This document shows positions 1 through 13,339 of a stretch of DNA of 64,000 bases, in pieces. Each line of letters begins with the position of its first letter. Position 1 is the stretch's first letter. This stretch comes from Tubulanus polymorphus (lineage: Eukaryota > Animalia > Nemertea), in the NCBI RefSeq assembly GCF_964204645.1, contig NC_134034.1, positions 3,055,814 to 3,119,813 of the forward strand, given 5' to 3'. The position numbers and the translations under genes are program-made. The notes beneath the pieces are model-generated. The model was not told the DNA's origin, made no database searches, and saw nothing but the letters and a program-made list of their open reading frames with translations.

Positions 1-73
1 GTCTTTACAGTTCAATGTGGCACGATTTTCATACATCATGCATAGAATTTGAGAAATTATTGTTACATTTTAA

Positions 74-354
74 CCCTTTCAGTGCTGGCTAATTAATACC
101 CTATAGGGCTGAAGATAATTTGAAAATTCTGAAAAATTCCACCCTAGTGTGTTGAATAACGGGAATAGCACTATAGTGCGTCTACACCGCGGCGCGGTGT
201 ATCATTAGTTACTAATATTTCTCTATGTTTGACAGGTGCTGCCATCTTTCAGGAGAGATAATTAGTAATTACTAATTAAATCAATACACCGCAGTGCGGT
301 GTACTAGCAAAATCCATTACTGATTCGCACTGCGGTGTAGATGCACTGAAAGGG
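74..354 (+). mobile_element. piggyBac-type MITE, family A
   Basis: TTAA target-site duplication on both sides (70-73, 355-358); TIR CCCTTTCAGTGC; internal ACACCGC/GCGGTGT palindromes. Confidence 0.88.
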
Positions 355-504
355 TTAATGGAGTTTGAGAAAAATCTAGTGTAAACTTCTTACAGTACAC
401 TAGCGACACCTGGTGGATAATGGTTGAATTCACCTGCCGCAGTAGGAGCGTTGTCGCCGTGGTCTGCCCTACATCGAAACCATCATTGTATTGTTATCAT
501 TCAG

Positions 505-3500
505 GTTGTCGAAGCTATTGCCGCGGCGATCCAATCAACGGATGGCTGTTCTCTTCTCGACGTCGACCCCGGCGCGTCGACCAACAGGACCGTGTACACG
601 TTCGTCGGATCTCCGGACGCCGTTGTAGAGGGCGCTTTGAACGCGGCTCGGGCGGCCGCTCAGCTAATCGACATGACTCGGCATAGCGGTACGTGTAGGC
701 CTACCTCTCTGATTAAGCCCGCTTTAATTCCTGTTACATTAATCCTGATTTCGATCCGATGGGGATGTTACTTTTGTCCATTTGAAATACGGTGGAACTT
801 CAGGCGCCGGTTGCACAGTCATGGCCCAGATTTAAAACCAGTCTAAGACTAACTTCATTCTATAGCCAATCTAACAACTTAAGACTGGTCTTTAGAATAA
901 GTAAGTCTCTAGGGCCCATTTGCATAGAAGAAATACAAAAGTGGTCCTAAATCTTAAGACTAGTCTTAAGTTGTCTTAAGACTAGTCTTAAGACAAGACT
1001 AGTCTTAAGTTGTCTTAAGACTAGTCTTAAGACTATTGAACAAAGAAGGTTTTAGACTAGGTCTTAAATCTTAGCCTTGACTGTGCAACCGACCCCTGAC
1101 TTAGGAACTGGCTCATTGAGGCATCAGCTAAAACCCAGGCATCGGCTAAAACTCAGGGCCCACTTTAGCAGTCATGCCTTAGACTTAAGACCAGTCTTAA
1201 GATTTAAGACCACTTTTGGACTTATGTCACGACTGTGCAACTTGCCCAATTGCCAATTTACATAGTCATGGCTTAGATTTAAGACGAGTCTTAGACCATC
1301 TTCATTCTACAGCCTATGTAAAAACCATTCTTACATCTAAAGCCACTCGTACAACTTGAGCCGAGTCTAAAAAATCTTATAGACCACTTTAGACTCCCGG
1401 GTGACGTGCAAATTTTTTAGTTCTGAAAATATTTTGATTTCAGGAGAACACCCGCGGTTCGGAGCTCTAGACGTTTGTCCGTTTATTCCGTTACAAGACG
1501 TTACGATGGAGGAATGCGTGGAATGCGCTAAAGAATTTGGAGAACGCCTCTCAATGGAATTAGGGGTGCCAGGTAACGTATCCATATATCCATTAATGAA
1601 CCTTTTCTAGTCTTAGGTTGCGATATGTTTGGGGCAGTATTTATGGTTCTGTCCTAATAAAGCTTTTGTAAGCAGTTTGAGATGTCCCTTTGTGTGTATA
1701 TTTTGTGTATATTTATTTTATTATTGTGACATGTAGTCATAAGTCTTCTTTACCAACATATAATATATACATTTCAACACTACCCAGCCCTCAACGGGCT
1801 TATAAGTCACCATTAATTAGATTTATTTATAAATATATATATTTGATAGTTAGCCATTAATATTTGAAACTGTTGTTGTTTTGTTAGTTCTTGGAAGTCA
1901 TGCACCTCCTGTGACATATCCACAAAAAGTTTATACCGTTCTTGTTTGTTTTTCTTGCATGACATAATAAAGTGAAATTCATCTTTGTATGCGGATTGAG
2001 ATTGAGATTCTGGGCTATAGGGCCTACACGTCAGTTCTAAATTAACCCTTTATACACCACAAAGGATCCAGGATTTCAGGGACGGGGTGCACAAATTAGG
2101 AAGGGGATTTGGGCGTCCTCCCCCAGAAAACTTTTCAAAATGAGATGCGAGGAGACGCGTTTTAGGCACGATCGTGGCGCCTCATTTCTACTCACAAATT
2201 GAATAACGATTTTATCCAAATTCACTTCATTTTCTATGGAAAACCAATTACAAAATAGCGAGGACTTTAGGAGGGGAGTGCACGTGCTGTCGCTGATGCA
2301 GTTTGAGATTTTCTCCGCGCAATGTCGAAGGAAGTTTCCGTTCTAAGTCGACCCTCTCGACGCGTTTTGAGATTTTTTTTTTTCGCGACAGTTTGTTGAC
2401 TGCGTTATTGTTTTCGTTATTTGTAGTGTATTTATACGGCGAAGCCGTCACCGACGAGGAGCACTTGAAATACCGGAAATCGTTACCGCAAGTTCGTTCC
2501 GGGGAATACGAGGGAATACTGGACAAAGTAAGTTACGAAGTTCATACTATCACAAATTTGACCGGCGAAATGCTAAAACTAGTTGCTCATTCGATTGTTT
2601 AATTCAGATCGGTAAGCCCGAGTGGAGCCCGAACTACGGCCCGGCTGAATTCGTGCCCCACTGGGGAGCTACGGCGACCGGCGCGCGCAAGTTCCTCGTC
2701 GCCTACAACGTAAACTTGCTGTCGACGAAAGAACAGGCGCACAGGATCGCGTTAGATATCCGAGAACAGGGCCGCGGAAAAGACCAGGTAATACATACAC
2801 GTATACACGTCAGAGTTTAGAGTTTAGATGAGTTTTACGTCCCAACTGCAATTAGTTACAGCGTAACCCTAGTGGGTCTTAAGAGACGGCCAGGACCTTT
2901 TAAAGGTTGTTATGGCTCACAACTGACAGTTAGCAGAGCTTTGTCCATGGTAGTTTCGACAGGTGGTTTCGAATTAGGACTTCGGTTCTGGGAGGGAGAG
3001 AGAGGGTGAGTGAGGGAGAGAGAGAAATTCCTTCGCTTTCTCTGAGAGGCAGTGAGAAGAAAAAGCGGGGGAGAGGGAAGAGGCAGAAGACAGAAGGAAG
3101 AGAGGCAGGAAGGGTGGGAAGAGGGCGAGAAAGAAGAAAGACAGAGGGGAGAGGTGAGGTAGTAAATGGACAGAGGGAGAAGAGACAGGTCGGGAGAGAG
3201 GGCAGAGAAAGGTGGAAAGGGAAGAAAGAGACGGTGAGAGTCAGGTAGAGAGAAAGAGGAATGGAGAATTGAAGCGATTTATTGCACCTTGGGCCAGTTC
3301 CATAGTCGAGACTTAAGTCCAAAATTGGTCTTGAATCTTAAGACTGGTCTTTAAGCTGTTAGATTAGCTATATAACTAAAAGAGTCTTAGACCAGTCTTA
3401 AGTCTTAAGTCATGACTATGGAACCGGCCCCAGTTGAACTATAACGGAGACTTAATTTTTGTTGATAAATTCTATTTTCAGCCCGGTAGTTTCAAGAACG

Positions 3501-6500
3501 TGCAGGCTATCGGTTGGTGGTTGGAAGAGGCTGAACTCGCTCAGGTCTCTGCTAATATCACCGATTTCGACGTCACGCCGATACACGAGGTTTTCGAAGC
3601 TTGCGTCGAAGATGCGAAGGTAAAAACTAGACTTTGATTATTTATTAATTCAAATTTCCGAATGAGTCTTTCTCGATGAAAACATTGATGAGTGCGATAA
3701 CTTATTTTAGGTTCATTCATTTACTACGTCATCCTCCCTCGGCGGGGACTCGAACCTGATAGGATCGCTACACTCAGCCACGGCACGAACACCTACCACA
3801 GTAGACCGGGTGCGCAGGTACACGCGCAGCTTTGCCGCACGAAAACTTGCGGCACCAATCAGATTGCTCGTTGTATAATCGCTGAGATTAATTTCACGGA
3901 AGAACTATAAATGGGAAAACCCGTGCAAAAATAAAACGGGGTATCTGATTGGCTGATAATGACATCATCTAAGCTGCGCACTCGGTCTAGCGTGGCAGGG
4001 TTTTGTACAGTGGCAATCTCGATGCCATCAGGTTCGAATCCCTGCCGGGGAGGAGGATGTTACTATGTAGGCATTAAGCTAGAAATTTTGGAAAAGATGA
4101 CAGAATTCTCATTTTATGCGTACGTCATAAGTCATCCTTTTGGTGTCGCACTCAGGCATCCTCAATTCCAATCAGTTTAATCTAAGAGACTTATTCGACG
4201 TATTTCGAAACTAATAAAGTTCCGACATTCAACAATATTTGCTACGATTGCAGGAGATGAATTTACCGGTGACCGGTTCGCAGATAGTCGGACTGGTTCC
4301 GCTAGCCGCGATCTTGCAGGCCGCCGATTATTACATGCGCAAAGAGAACCTGTTTATTTTGGACGAGTCGCAGAAAATCCGTCTGGTCGTTGATCGACTC
4401 GGGCTTCACTCGTTAGCGGAATTCAATCCGAAAGAAAGAATCATCGAGTAAGTTGGAGAGGGGTGAGAGGCGGGCGGGGCTCCTGATTTAGGGGCCAGTT
4501 GCACAGTCGTGACTTCAGTCCAAAAGTGGTCTTAAATCTTAAGACTGGTCTTAAGTTGTTAGATTGGCTATAGAACTAAGTTGGTCTTAGAATGGTCTTA
4601 AATCTAAGCCATGACTACGCAACTGGCCCCAGGTTTGTAGCGAGTAACAAAGGGGTTCTTTTTTGAGGAAAAAAATTTTAAAGGCCCTGATTTGGGCTTA
4701 CTTATCACAAAATAATGTCACAAAAAGTGCTGCTCAGGGCTACTTTGTGACTTGAAAGCTATCCGAAAAATTTAAGTGAATCTGGGTTTGGTAAACATCC
4801 TTTTGATGGACATTTGTCTCTGATCAAGTCCATGTATGGTATGCGTTATCAGATCATAAGGTGAAACTAAGAGTGTTTGAAAGTTGTCACTCTTCAGTCA
4901 CAGTTTGTATCGATGTGAATATTCTTCAGACCGAGTTCATCGTAGATGATTAAAATCAGTTGCGTTTAAACATGAGAAATTGATGTGGTATCATCGGTTC
5001 ATTTGTTCGTTCGAAATTGGAAACGCGTTTCGTCTATTTATAGGTATATGGTTGAAACGGAGAAAGAGGGACCGCTCGTCAGTATGCAATTGAAGAATTT
5101 CATCTATAACGTTGGTTACCGCTCGGCTGCACCAGGGGGCGGCTCAGTTGCCGCATTAAACGCTACTATGGTATGTGTTACGGAACAGATCCATTCCAAT
5201 TCTATCCCAAAGCTTCTGCGGCAATTTCAGAACTGCCAACTGTTCCCGATTTTCAGTATTTGTTAGTATTTTACAATGAGAAGTACTGATTTGATGCATA
5301 CAGAAAAATTACATATGTTACCGAGGGTCTTACTGTTGATTACTGATTAATTTCAACAGAAATACGATAGATGTTACTGAGGGTCTTTCTGTTGATTACT
5401 GATTAATTTCAACAGAAATATGATAGATGTTACCGCAGGTCTTAATGTTGATTACTGATTAATTTCAACAGAAATATGAAAGATGTTACCGCGGGTCTTA
5501 ATGTTGATTACTGATTAATTTGAACAGAAATATGGAAGATGTTACTGAGGGTCTTACTGTTGATTACTGATTCATTTGAACAGAAATATGAAAGATGTTA
5601 CTGAGGGTCTTACTGTTGATTACTGATTCATTTGAACAGAAATATGAAAGATGTTACTGTAGGTCTTAATGTTGATTACTGATTAATTTGAAGAGAAATA
5701 TGAAAGATGTCACTGTAGGTCATAATGTTGATTACTGATTAATTTGAAGAGAAATATGAAAGATGTTACTGTAGGTCTTAATGTTGATTACTGATTAATT
5801 TGAACAAAAATATGAAAGATGTTACTGAGGGTCTTACTGTCGATTACTGATTAATTTGAACAGAAATATGAAAGATGTTACTGAGGGTCTTACTGTCGAT
5901 TACTGATTAATTTGAACAGAAATATGAAAGGTGTTACTGAGGGTCTTAACTGTTGATTGCTGATTAATTTGAAGATTTTCTTTCATATTTCGATGAAATT
6001 TTTTTGAAAAAAAATTCAACTTGTTACTGATAGCACTTTTCAGAGGTCGGCAGCCCTGCAATTCGATACTATATTGCAAATCTTGCGCGTCTGCATTGTA
6101 GGGGGCGGCACTAGGATCGATGGTCGGGCAGTTGACGTACGGCAAGCGAGTATTCGAAAGTTTGGACGCGACGATGCGGCGTTTGATTCCGCCGTTTTAT
6201 AAAACGATGAAAGATCTGATGGGTTTCATCGACGCGGACGCCGAGGCTTTCAACGATTACATGACGGCGCTGAAGTTACCGAAATCGACACCGGACGAAC
6301 AAGAGAGGTAATTATTCGAATACACGTCTTTCGCCTCGAGGTACTGGCGTGATTTTCTTGTTCTAGACAATGGGAACTGTGGCATTTGGTGATTCCGATT
6401 GTGACAAGTGAGCTAGTATTCAGGAGTCAGTTTCATGAAAAAGTTTAAGCCTAAATCAGTTAGGTTTGACTTGTTGTCCTCATTGGAACTATGCAGTAAC

Positions 6501-8207
6501 CAATAGCGATTACACCAAATATTTTAGTAAAACTTTTTGGTGAAAATGGGCCCTGTAAGACATTACATTATTATTATTATTATTATTACTATTTTTATTA
6601 CTGATTATGATTATTGTTATTATCTTCATTCATCATGGGGCGCTCCTCTTGTACAGCCTTATGGTTCTAGGCGTGTCCTTAACATTCAATGAACATTAAT
6701 GTAATCTAACGTATCTATGTATTGTATGTAATTGTTATTTGAAGTGAAAAATAAATTCAAATTCGTATTCACCCCTGCAGGTCTATACAGATAAACAAAA
6801 TTTTCAAAATGTCACGTATTTTATTTGCAGGCGTACAGTGGCGATGCAACGCGGTTTGAAATCGGCGATCGACGTGCCGATGACTGTCATCAGAAGATCG
6901 AACGAATTGTGGCCGGCGTTGAAGGAAATGTCGCAAGTCGCGAATATCAACTGTAAATCAGATCTACAGGTAAACGAGGGCGTATCCCGGAAAACATGGA
7001 AAGGGGGTGGACGTGTCCAGAGGTGAAAGGAAGGGCCCGCGTCCCAAAATGTTACGGTCTTGGAGGCATAAAATCCTGCGTAGGGAGTTCGGATAATTGT
7101 GACAAAAAAAATTGAAAATTAGGTTTTGGATACAAGCAATTATGTAATTAGGGGCGAATCCTGGAATAGGGGCCGAATACATCTGAGGTCTAGTTGTATG
7201 CATGTACTTGGTTCATGAGTGCGAACACGGCAGGAGGTTTCAGTTCAGGTCTCAGTTCTACAGGGGGCGGTTTTACAGACTGGTATTACCTTTACCCCTG
7301 GAGTTAACTTGGTTCATTTTCAATCTAGTTTGCCCCCGGGTTAAAGGTAATACCGGTCTATAAAACCAAGCCCGGATTCATTCAAGGTCCTCGGGTCTCA
7401 GTTATACAGATCTATTCAAATCGATCGCATACCCCTAAACTATCTCTATTTCTACAATAGGTTGGCGCACGGTGTCTGGAATCAGGAGTGCTCGGAGCTT
7501 TCTGGAACGTCGAGATCAACGTTAAAGATATCAGCGATGAAGAGTATAAAACTAAGGTGAATGAACCAGTTGCACAGTTCTGAACCCGGTTCCGAAATAG
7601 TCGGTTAAGCTTTAGCCTTTTCAGTGCTGACTGATTTATTCCCAGCATTAAGTGTCGTGCAGATAATTTGAAAATCTTCAAAAATTCCAGCCCAGCGTCG
7701 CATAAAACAGGCATACCACTTGTGAGTACACCCCGGTGCGGTGTATCATTAGTAACTAATATTTCACTGTGTTTGACAGGTGCTGCCATCTTTCAATAGG
7801 GATGCAAATTAATTAATGATGCACCGCGACGCAGTGTACTAACAAAGTCTATCATTGATTTATACATTGCACTGCAGTGTAGACACACTGCAAGGGTTAG
7901 ATGAAATTAAAGATCTTAGTTCATTTCTAAACATTTTGACTTTTAAAGGTCAAATCATGCACATGAACTATTGCACTGGGTCCAGAGAGTTTCAAAACTG
8001 CCGAACTGGGTCAAAGAACTTTTACTCGATCAAGGCTTTTAGAATGCCACTTGCCTGAAGTGAACCCTGTAAAGATCCATCATGGACCTGTTTTCTAAAA
8101 ATGTATTTCTTTTATTCTAGCTGTTAACCGAGGCAGAAGAGGCGGTCCGTGTCGCCAACGAAAATTGTTCGGCCATCTTGGAAATTCTACGCAACAGGAA
8201 GGAATAA
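505..8207 (+). CDS. FTCD: Formimidoyltransferase-cyclodeaminase (5'-partial; first coding exon upstream of the window)
   Basis: GT-AG exons 505-688, 1444-1572, 2427-2527, 2608-2787, 3482-3619, 4254-4447, 5044-5170, 6102-6307, 6831-6969, 7461-7556 and 8121-8207 (TAA) join in frame. Peptides [80 protein letters not shown] and MRRLIPPF match animal FTCD. Confidence 0.97.
3291..3430. mobile_element. Harbinger-like MITE, family B (CTTAAG-rich)
   Basis: TIR GGGCCAGTT(G/C)CA(C/T)AGTC; internal CTTAAGACTGGTCTTAAG palindromes. Related copies at about 804-1320, 4491-4630, 33306-33443, 45034-45172 and 63364-63632. Confidence 0.8.
3730..4059. mobile_element. Family E element with ~87-bp inverted arms carrying Pol III-like boxes
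   Basis: Arms 3730-3817 and 3974-4059 are imperfect inverted repeats, each containing GGTTCGA(A/G)TCC. Copies at about 18217-18510 and 28105-28600 (reverse, interrupted). Confidence 0.7.
4491..4630. mobile_element. Harbinger-like MITE, family B
   Basis: GGGGCCAGTTGCACAGTC...GACTACGCAACTGGCCCC. Confidence 0.82.
5316..5975. repeat. 56-bp tandem repeat, ~11.5 copies (FTCD intron)
   Basis: Unit GATGTTACTGAGGGTCTTACTGTTGATTACTGATTAATTTGAACAGAAATATGAAA. Confidence 0.95.
7264..7372. mobile_element. Palindromic MITE, family D (~110 bp)
   Basis: GGTTTTA(C/T)AGACTGGTATTACCTTTA...TAAAGGTAATACCGGTCTATAAAACC. Copies at about 10948-11060 and 49552-49657. Confidence 0.75.
7616..7896 (+). mobile_element. 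piggyBac-type MITE, family A (degenerate)
   Basis: Same internal sequence and TIR remnants as 74-354. Confidence 0.75.
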
Positions 8208-8285
8208 TTTTGTTACGAGACCGCAGAGAGCCTGTTTATATCTGATCATTTGGGACCAATGAAATTTATGAGAAATCTGCGTTGA

Positions 8286-8582
8286 CCCTTTCAGTGCTTA
8301 CTAACTAATATCGGAAAGTGCTGGCGATAATTTGAAAGTATTGAAAAATTTCACCCACAATTTTTGTGTTGAAAAACGGGCATATCGCTTTAGTGCCGTG
8401 TATTATTAGTTACTACTATTTCACTACGTATACCAGAACATGTGCCGATGTTCGTCGACGTTTGAAAATTGATAAGGGGGTTTGTTTGAACTGCCGAACC
8501 CCCTAGGGACACCCGCGGTGCTGTACTAGCAAACTCATTACCAATTTGTACACCGCATCGCAGTGTAGACGCGCTGAAAGGG
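8286..8582 (+). mobile_element. piggyBac-type MITE, family A, in the FTCD 3' region
   Basis: CCCTTTCAGTGC...GCGCTGAAAGGG followed by TTAA. Confidence 0.8.
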
Positions 8583-9601
8583 TTAAACATTATGTTTTAC
8601 ATATATTTATGTATAAGATGGAAAATATCCGGATTAAGTGGATTTTATTGTAGTAACAGGCGCCGATCTGTACGAGGGTTAGCGAAGGGGGGTATGCCAG
8701 GGTTGCGGATTTGACAGGAACTTCGGAGGTCATAGGCTCCACTCTAGTTTCTCTGATCAAAAACGAAATCTTTTCCAATTAATGAATTTTGAACCGGAAC
8801 AAAAGATTGCTACAGGATTTTTGTTTGGAGATTCTGATACCGCAAAATCGCTTTAACGGGCTTCTAGAGAATTTCACAATATTTCCGAGAGACCCGTGGC
8901 CGCTATACCCCCGCTGATAAATCCTAATTCGGCGCCTTGGGTTTTTTCCCGGCTGCTTTATTTTTTGCCCGTAGCTGCTGTTGCTTCGATCAACAACTGA
9001 TTGACATTATTGAATTGTGTGCGGTGACAATTTTCCGCCGTTAAATATTTTGCGATGATTCTTGAAAAACAATCAAAAATTGGCTTAATTAATCTAACTC
9101 AGATCGGCTTAATTCGAATTGGTGTTCATATGAATATTATTCGCACAATTATCTCCCCACCCCCTAAGAATGTGATTTCCAGTACGTCTCGTAATTGTCT
9201 CATTTATTCTCAATCCGTCCAGTTTTTGAGAACGAACTTGTCGACCCGAATTATTGGGTTTTAGTAAATGAAAATGAACTGAATTTTGTCTCCTGATTCA
9301 AAGTGATTGAAAACGGACTAACTTATTAAAAATGACTTATCTTGACTGTAGACTTAAAGAAATTGAAAATTGACTAATTTTGACTGTTAAGTCAAAGTAA
9401 TTGGTTACAATCTTGAATGCTGATCCAGAATATCTTGCTAGTTTTCTTTTGCGAGTGAAATAAGATAGAAGTCCGATCGTTGCACCTACTTTGCAAAAAG
9501 CAAAAAAATTCCCCGTTTCTAAAACGGTCCATTTCCAGGCCTATGCGCGGGGAGCGATTAGACTTCTATCTCAAAAATCTATTGTTTTCAGGATACAAAA
9601 C

Positions 9602-9603
<2 letters not shown>

Positions 9604-9690
<87 letters not shown>
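9604..9690. repeat. (TA)n microsatellite
   Basis: Pure TA run; another at about 37046-37090. Confidence 0.98.
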
Positions 9691-9694
<4 letters not shown>

Positions 9695-11204
9695 CACTGT
9701 TTGTTGTAAATTATTTCTATACGATATACGTAGAAATTGTTCACTCTAAATAGTTTTTAACGCGAACTGCCTGTGCAATATCTAGTCCTTGGGAGGAACA
9801 AAAAGAAAACTGTGATGTTTTTTCTTTTTTTTAAATCAAATTTATTCATACAATGATTTACAAAATAATTTCTCCGTATTTATATACAGTACGCATAGTT
9901 TATTGTCTGTTATAGCATGTGATTTTAAACTGGGAGATCATCTCGTATATCTGCATGTATATGCATATGCATATGCATCCCATATGCGTATGTATATGCA
10001 TCCCATATGCATATGCATATGCATTCCATGCGTATGCATATGTATACATATATGTATAACATCTGTATAAATGTGTCTTAAAAAGTGAAGTTTATCGAAA
10101 AAAAGTGATTAGGAAACTGCTGATGAGTTTTGAAGAATATTTCTTAACGATGAAAATTCCCCTCTGCCTTAGAGTCTTGAGTGTGTGACATATACTCACA
10201 GAATCTGATAGCCCGTGAAATGCTGAGAACCCGCGTGGTAGTTACATCAACATTCCCTCCAACTTATATTCAGGGCATAACATGTGATTTTTTGATTTTT
10301 TAAGCCTGAGTTGTACACGGATATTTATATTTTTCACTCTTACAAGTTGAATGTTATTCACTAAAAATGTGATCTGATATTGAGTTCTATGTATTGATAG
10401 ATGTTTGATGTTTCTCACTGGGGCGGATCTATGATTTCTCCAAAGGGCGGCGCTGCGCGAGTACCCAAAGTGCGAATCCTGTGGGGGGGGGGGGGTTCTG
10501 GCAAACAATTGGGGCCAGAAAAAAAGGCAATCGGAAAACTTCAAGGGCGCACGCGCTCCGCACCCCTCTGGATCCGCCCTTGTCTAATGAGCTATGATTT
10601 AGACAATCTTTTGTGAATCGCGCATTTTTTTTTTTAGTTTTGTGATGGCACTCACGGCCCCGTATAATATAGCGCTTACATAAGCTAGTGATAAACACAC
10701 AAGGCGAATCTCGTAGGCGAATCGATGTCGTATAATTCGCCTTGGGTTGAAATCGGGAGTCCATAAGGCCGGTTGATAAAATATTAGTAGGCGAATTCGT
10801 TGTGCGAAGACTGATTTGCCGATGATGGAATTCGCCTAAGTCCGTCACGGGCTTTGCTATGCTGCTTCTATGCCGCTGGCTTTCAACGTGTGTGATGTGT
10901 ATTGCACGACCATTATTTGAGTGATTTAGAGGAATTTAAACACATAGTGTCCCGGTTTTATAGACTGGTATGACCTTTAACCCGCGGGCTAACTCAATTG
11001 AAAATGAATGGAGTTTACCCCCGGGTTAAAGGTAATACCAGTCTATAAAACCGTCCCGGGCACTATATTCAAAAATGAACTATTTACAAATAACGATTAT
11101 TTGCATTTTGATCTTATTTTCTGAAATAAAGTTTATGTAGTATATTAAGATGACTTGTCACAAATGTTTGTGTGCTGGTATTTGCCTTCATTGTGGTCGT
11201 GTGC

Positions 11205-12004
11205 GCATGGAGCTGCGACAATCACTGAGATCCAAGTTCCCCGGGAACCCTCAATTCGGCCTGGTGAAGATCGAGATAGTTTAGCGTGCTCCTCACCGCG
11301 CGCAGAGCGACCATCACTGAGATCCACGTTCCCAGGGAACCCTCAATTCGGTCGGGTGAAGATCGTGATATAGTATAGAGCGCTCCTCACCGCGCATAGA
11401 GCGACCATCAATGAGATCCACGTTCCCAGGGAACCCTCAATTCGGTCGGATGAAGATCGTGATATAGTATAGAGCGCTCCTCACCGCGCATAGAGCGACC
11501 ATCACTGAGATCCACGTTCCCAGGGAACCCTCAATTCGGTCGGATGAAGATCGTGATATAGTATAGAGCGCTCCTCACCGCGCATGGAGCAACCATCGCT
11601 GAGATCCACGTTCCCAGGGAACCCTCAATTCGGTCGGGTGAAGATCGTGATATAGTATAGAGCGCTCCTCACCGCGCATAGAGCGACCATCACTGAGATC
11701 CACGTTCCCAAGGAACCCTCAATTCGGTCGGATGAAGATCGTGATATAGTATAGAGCGCTCCTCACCGCGCATAGAGCGACCATCACTGAGATCCACGTT
11801 CCCAGGGAACCCTCAATTCGGTCGGATGAAGATCGTGATATTGTATAGAGCGCTCCTCACCGCGCATAGAGCGACCATCACTGAGATCCACGTTCCCAGG
11901 GAACCCTCAATTCGGTCGGATGAAGATCGTGATATAGTATAGAGCGATCCTCTCCGCGCGCAGAGCGACCATCACTGAGATCTACATTCCCCGAGGGAAC
12001 CCTC
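11205..12004. repeat. 94-bp tandem repeat, ~8.5 copies
   Basis: Unit GAGCGACCATCACTGAGATCCACGTTCCCAGGGAACCCTCAATTCGGTCGGATGAAGATCGTGATATAGTATAGAGCGCTCCTCACCGCGCATA. Confidence 0.95.
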
Positions 12005-12352
12005 GAAACGCCAATTAAGAAACAGTCTACTGAATTTCTCAAACTCTTCTTAGTATTGTAATGAATTAAAAATATACATAAATGTATCTAAATCTTTCAA
12101 CTTTGAAATACAATAAACTAATGATTCGCGTGAACGTACGTTATGAATTCAAGGAAGACCATTGATTCCCTAAGAAACAACTATGATTTTCACGTAGCGT
12201 AAGTATATTGGTATATTGTAAAATTGAAGGTCATTTGAATTCGTGAACGAAATAAGAATGCGTGCACGTTGGTAAAATCTATAATTATAGTTTTCTCGAT
12301 ATATTTACGATAATTAGCCGTAATTGAGAGAATAGTCTGATTGGTCGACGCA

Positions 12353-13339
12353 ATGGCTGCATCTTCAGTTCCCCAGAACCGCACGGCGAATCCGACGAAT
12401 GTCTACACAGCGATCGTACTGGCTGCAACCACGATAAACGAGACCTATCTCTGGTTTTACCTGGTATTCGCCGGTGTTTGTTTTATCATCGGATTCGTCG
12501 GCAATCTCTTGATCGTGGTAGTGATGCTGCAGCGTAAACTGTGGCGACGTTCGTACAGTCGCGTGTTCGTTCAACTAGCCGTCTGCGACACTCTCGTACT
12601 GATCACGTGTTCGATGAAATACATCAACGTCGTATCTTACACATTTCACGGGAAGATAGCCCTCAAACCGTCAACACGAATTCAATGTATATGTTTCGAG
12701 TATTTCATAACAATATGCGTATCGGCAAGTCCGTGGACGTTGGTCCTCGTAGCCGCCGAGCGAATGTGCGTGGTTTGTTTTCCGTTCAGAGGCCCTCGTT
12801 TCTGGAGCCCGAAAACCGCGTCTAGACTCTGTTTATTCGTAGCCTGCTCCATAGCGCTTATAAATAGCTATTTACTCGTAACTATCGATGTTAGCGATAG
12901 CGGCTGTAATTTCAAAGACCAGCAATTCACCAAGCCTTTGCTGACTTCTATTCTTACCTCAGTAGGCCCGTTTATTGCGTTAGCGATCACGTCCGTGATA
13001 ACCTCTGTCGCTTTGTACCGAAAAAAGGGCGACTCGAAAACAACCCGCGCATCGAAATACTCGAATCAGGTAACCGTGTTGGTTCTGTTGTTGTGCGTCT
13101 TCTTCCTGGCCACAACTTTCCCCGCTACTTTGTTTGCCCCTTTTGTCTGGACGAATTCACGATTGAAAAACATCTTCGCCGCCCTCATCGACATTCTGAT
13201 GATAAACTATTCGTACAACCTCTGCGTGTATCTGCTGACGGGAAAAGAAATCAGAAACGAATTGCGCAAGTTGATGCTGAAAGTCTTCGTGAACGGCCTC
13301 AATATGTTCCCGTGCCGTAACAGGGGCGGATCCATGTAG
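12353..13339 (+). CDS. Intronless rhodopsin-like (class A) GPCR, peptide-receptor-like/chemoreceptor-like orphan, 328 aa
   Basis: Single ORF with 7 hydrophobic segments. Motifs: TM1 GN, TM2 LAVCD, TM3 ERM (DRY variant) followed by VVCFPF, TM6 FxxxxxP, TM7 NYSYNLCVY (NPxxY variant). N-terminal sequons NRT and NET. First ATG at 12353 (the ORF track starts at an upstream TTG). Confidence 0.9.
   Translation: MAASSVPQNRTANPTNVYTAIVLAATTINETYLWFYLVFAGVCFIIGFVGNLLIVVVMLQRKLWRRSYSRVFVQLAVCDTLVLITCSMKYINVVSYTFHGKIALKPSTRIQCICFEYFITICVSASPWTLVLVAAERMCVVCFPFRGPRFWSPKTASRLCLFVACSIALINSYLLVTIDVSDSGCNFKDQQFTKPLLTSILTSVGPFIALAITSVITSVALYRKKGDSKTTRASKYSNQVTVLVLLLCVFFLATTFPATLFAPFVWTNSRLKNIFAALIDILMINYSYNLCVYLLTGKEIRNELRKLMLKVFVNGLNMFPCRNRGGSM

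Noticed and set aside
2930-3322. Low-complexity Arg/Glu/Gly and Leu/Ser/Pro ORFs (also 41001-41249)
   Set aside because: Translations of polypurine tracts in an intron or intergenic DNA.
4005-4050. Possible tRNA gene (GGTTCGAATCC; also about 18240 and 28582)
   Set aside because: No cloverleaf could be formed, the A-B spacing is too short, and the motif lies within a repeated inverted-arm element.
7412-7789. Recurring [22 protein letters not shown] (also 43418-43675)
   Set aside because: Antisense reading of family A MITE copies; no transposase motifs.
11205-12004. CRISPR-like appearance of this and other arrays (25711, 40060, 47198)
   Set aside because: Whole units repeat with no unique spacers, there are no cas genes, and the context is a spliced eukaryotic genome.
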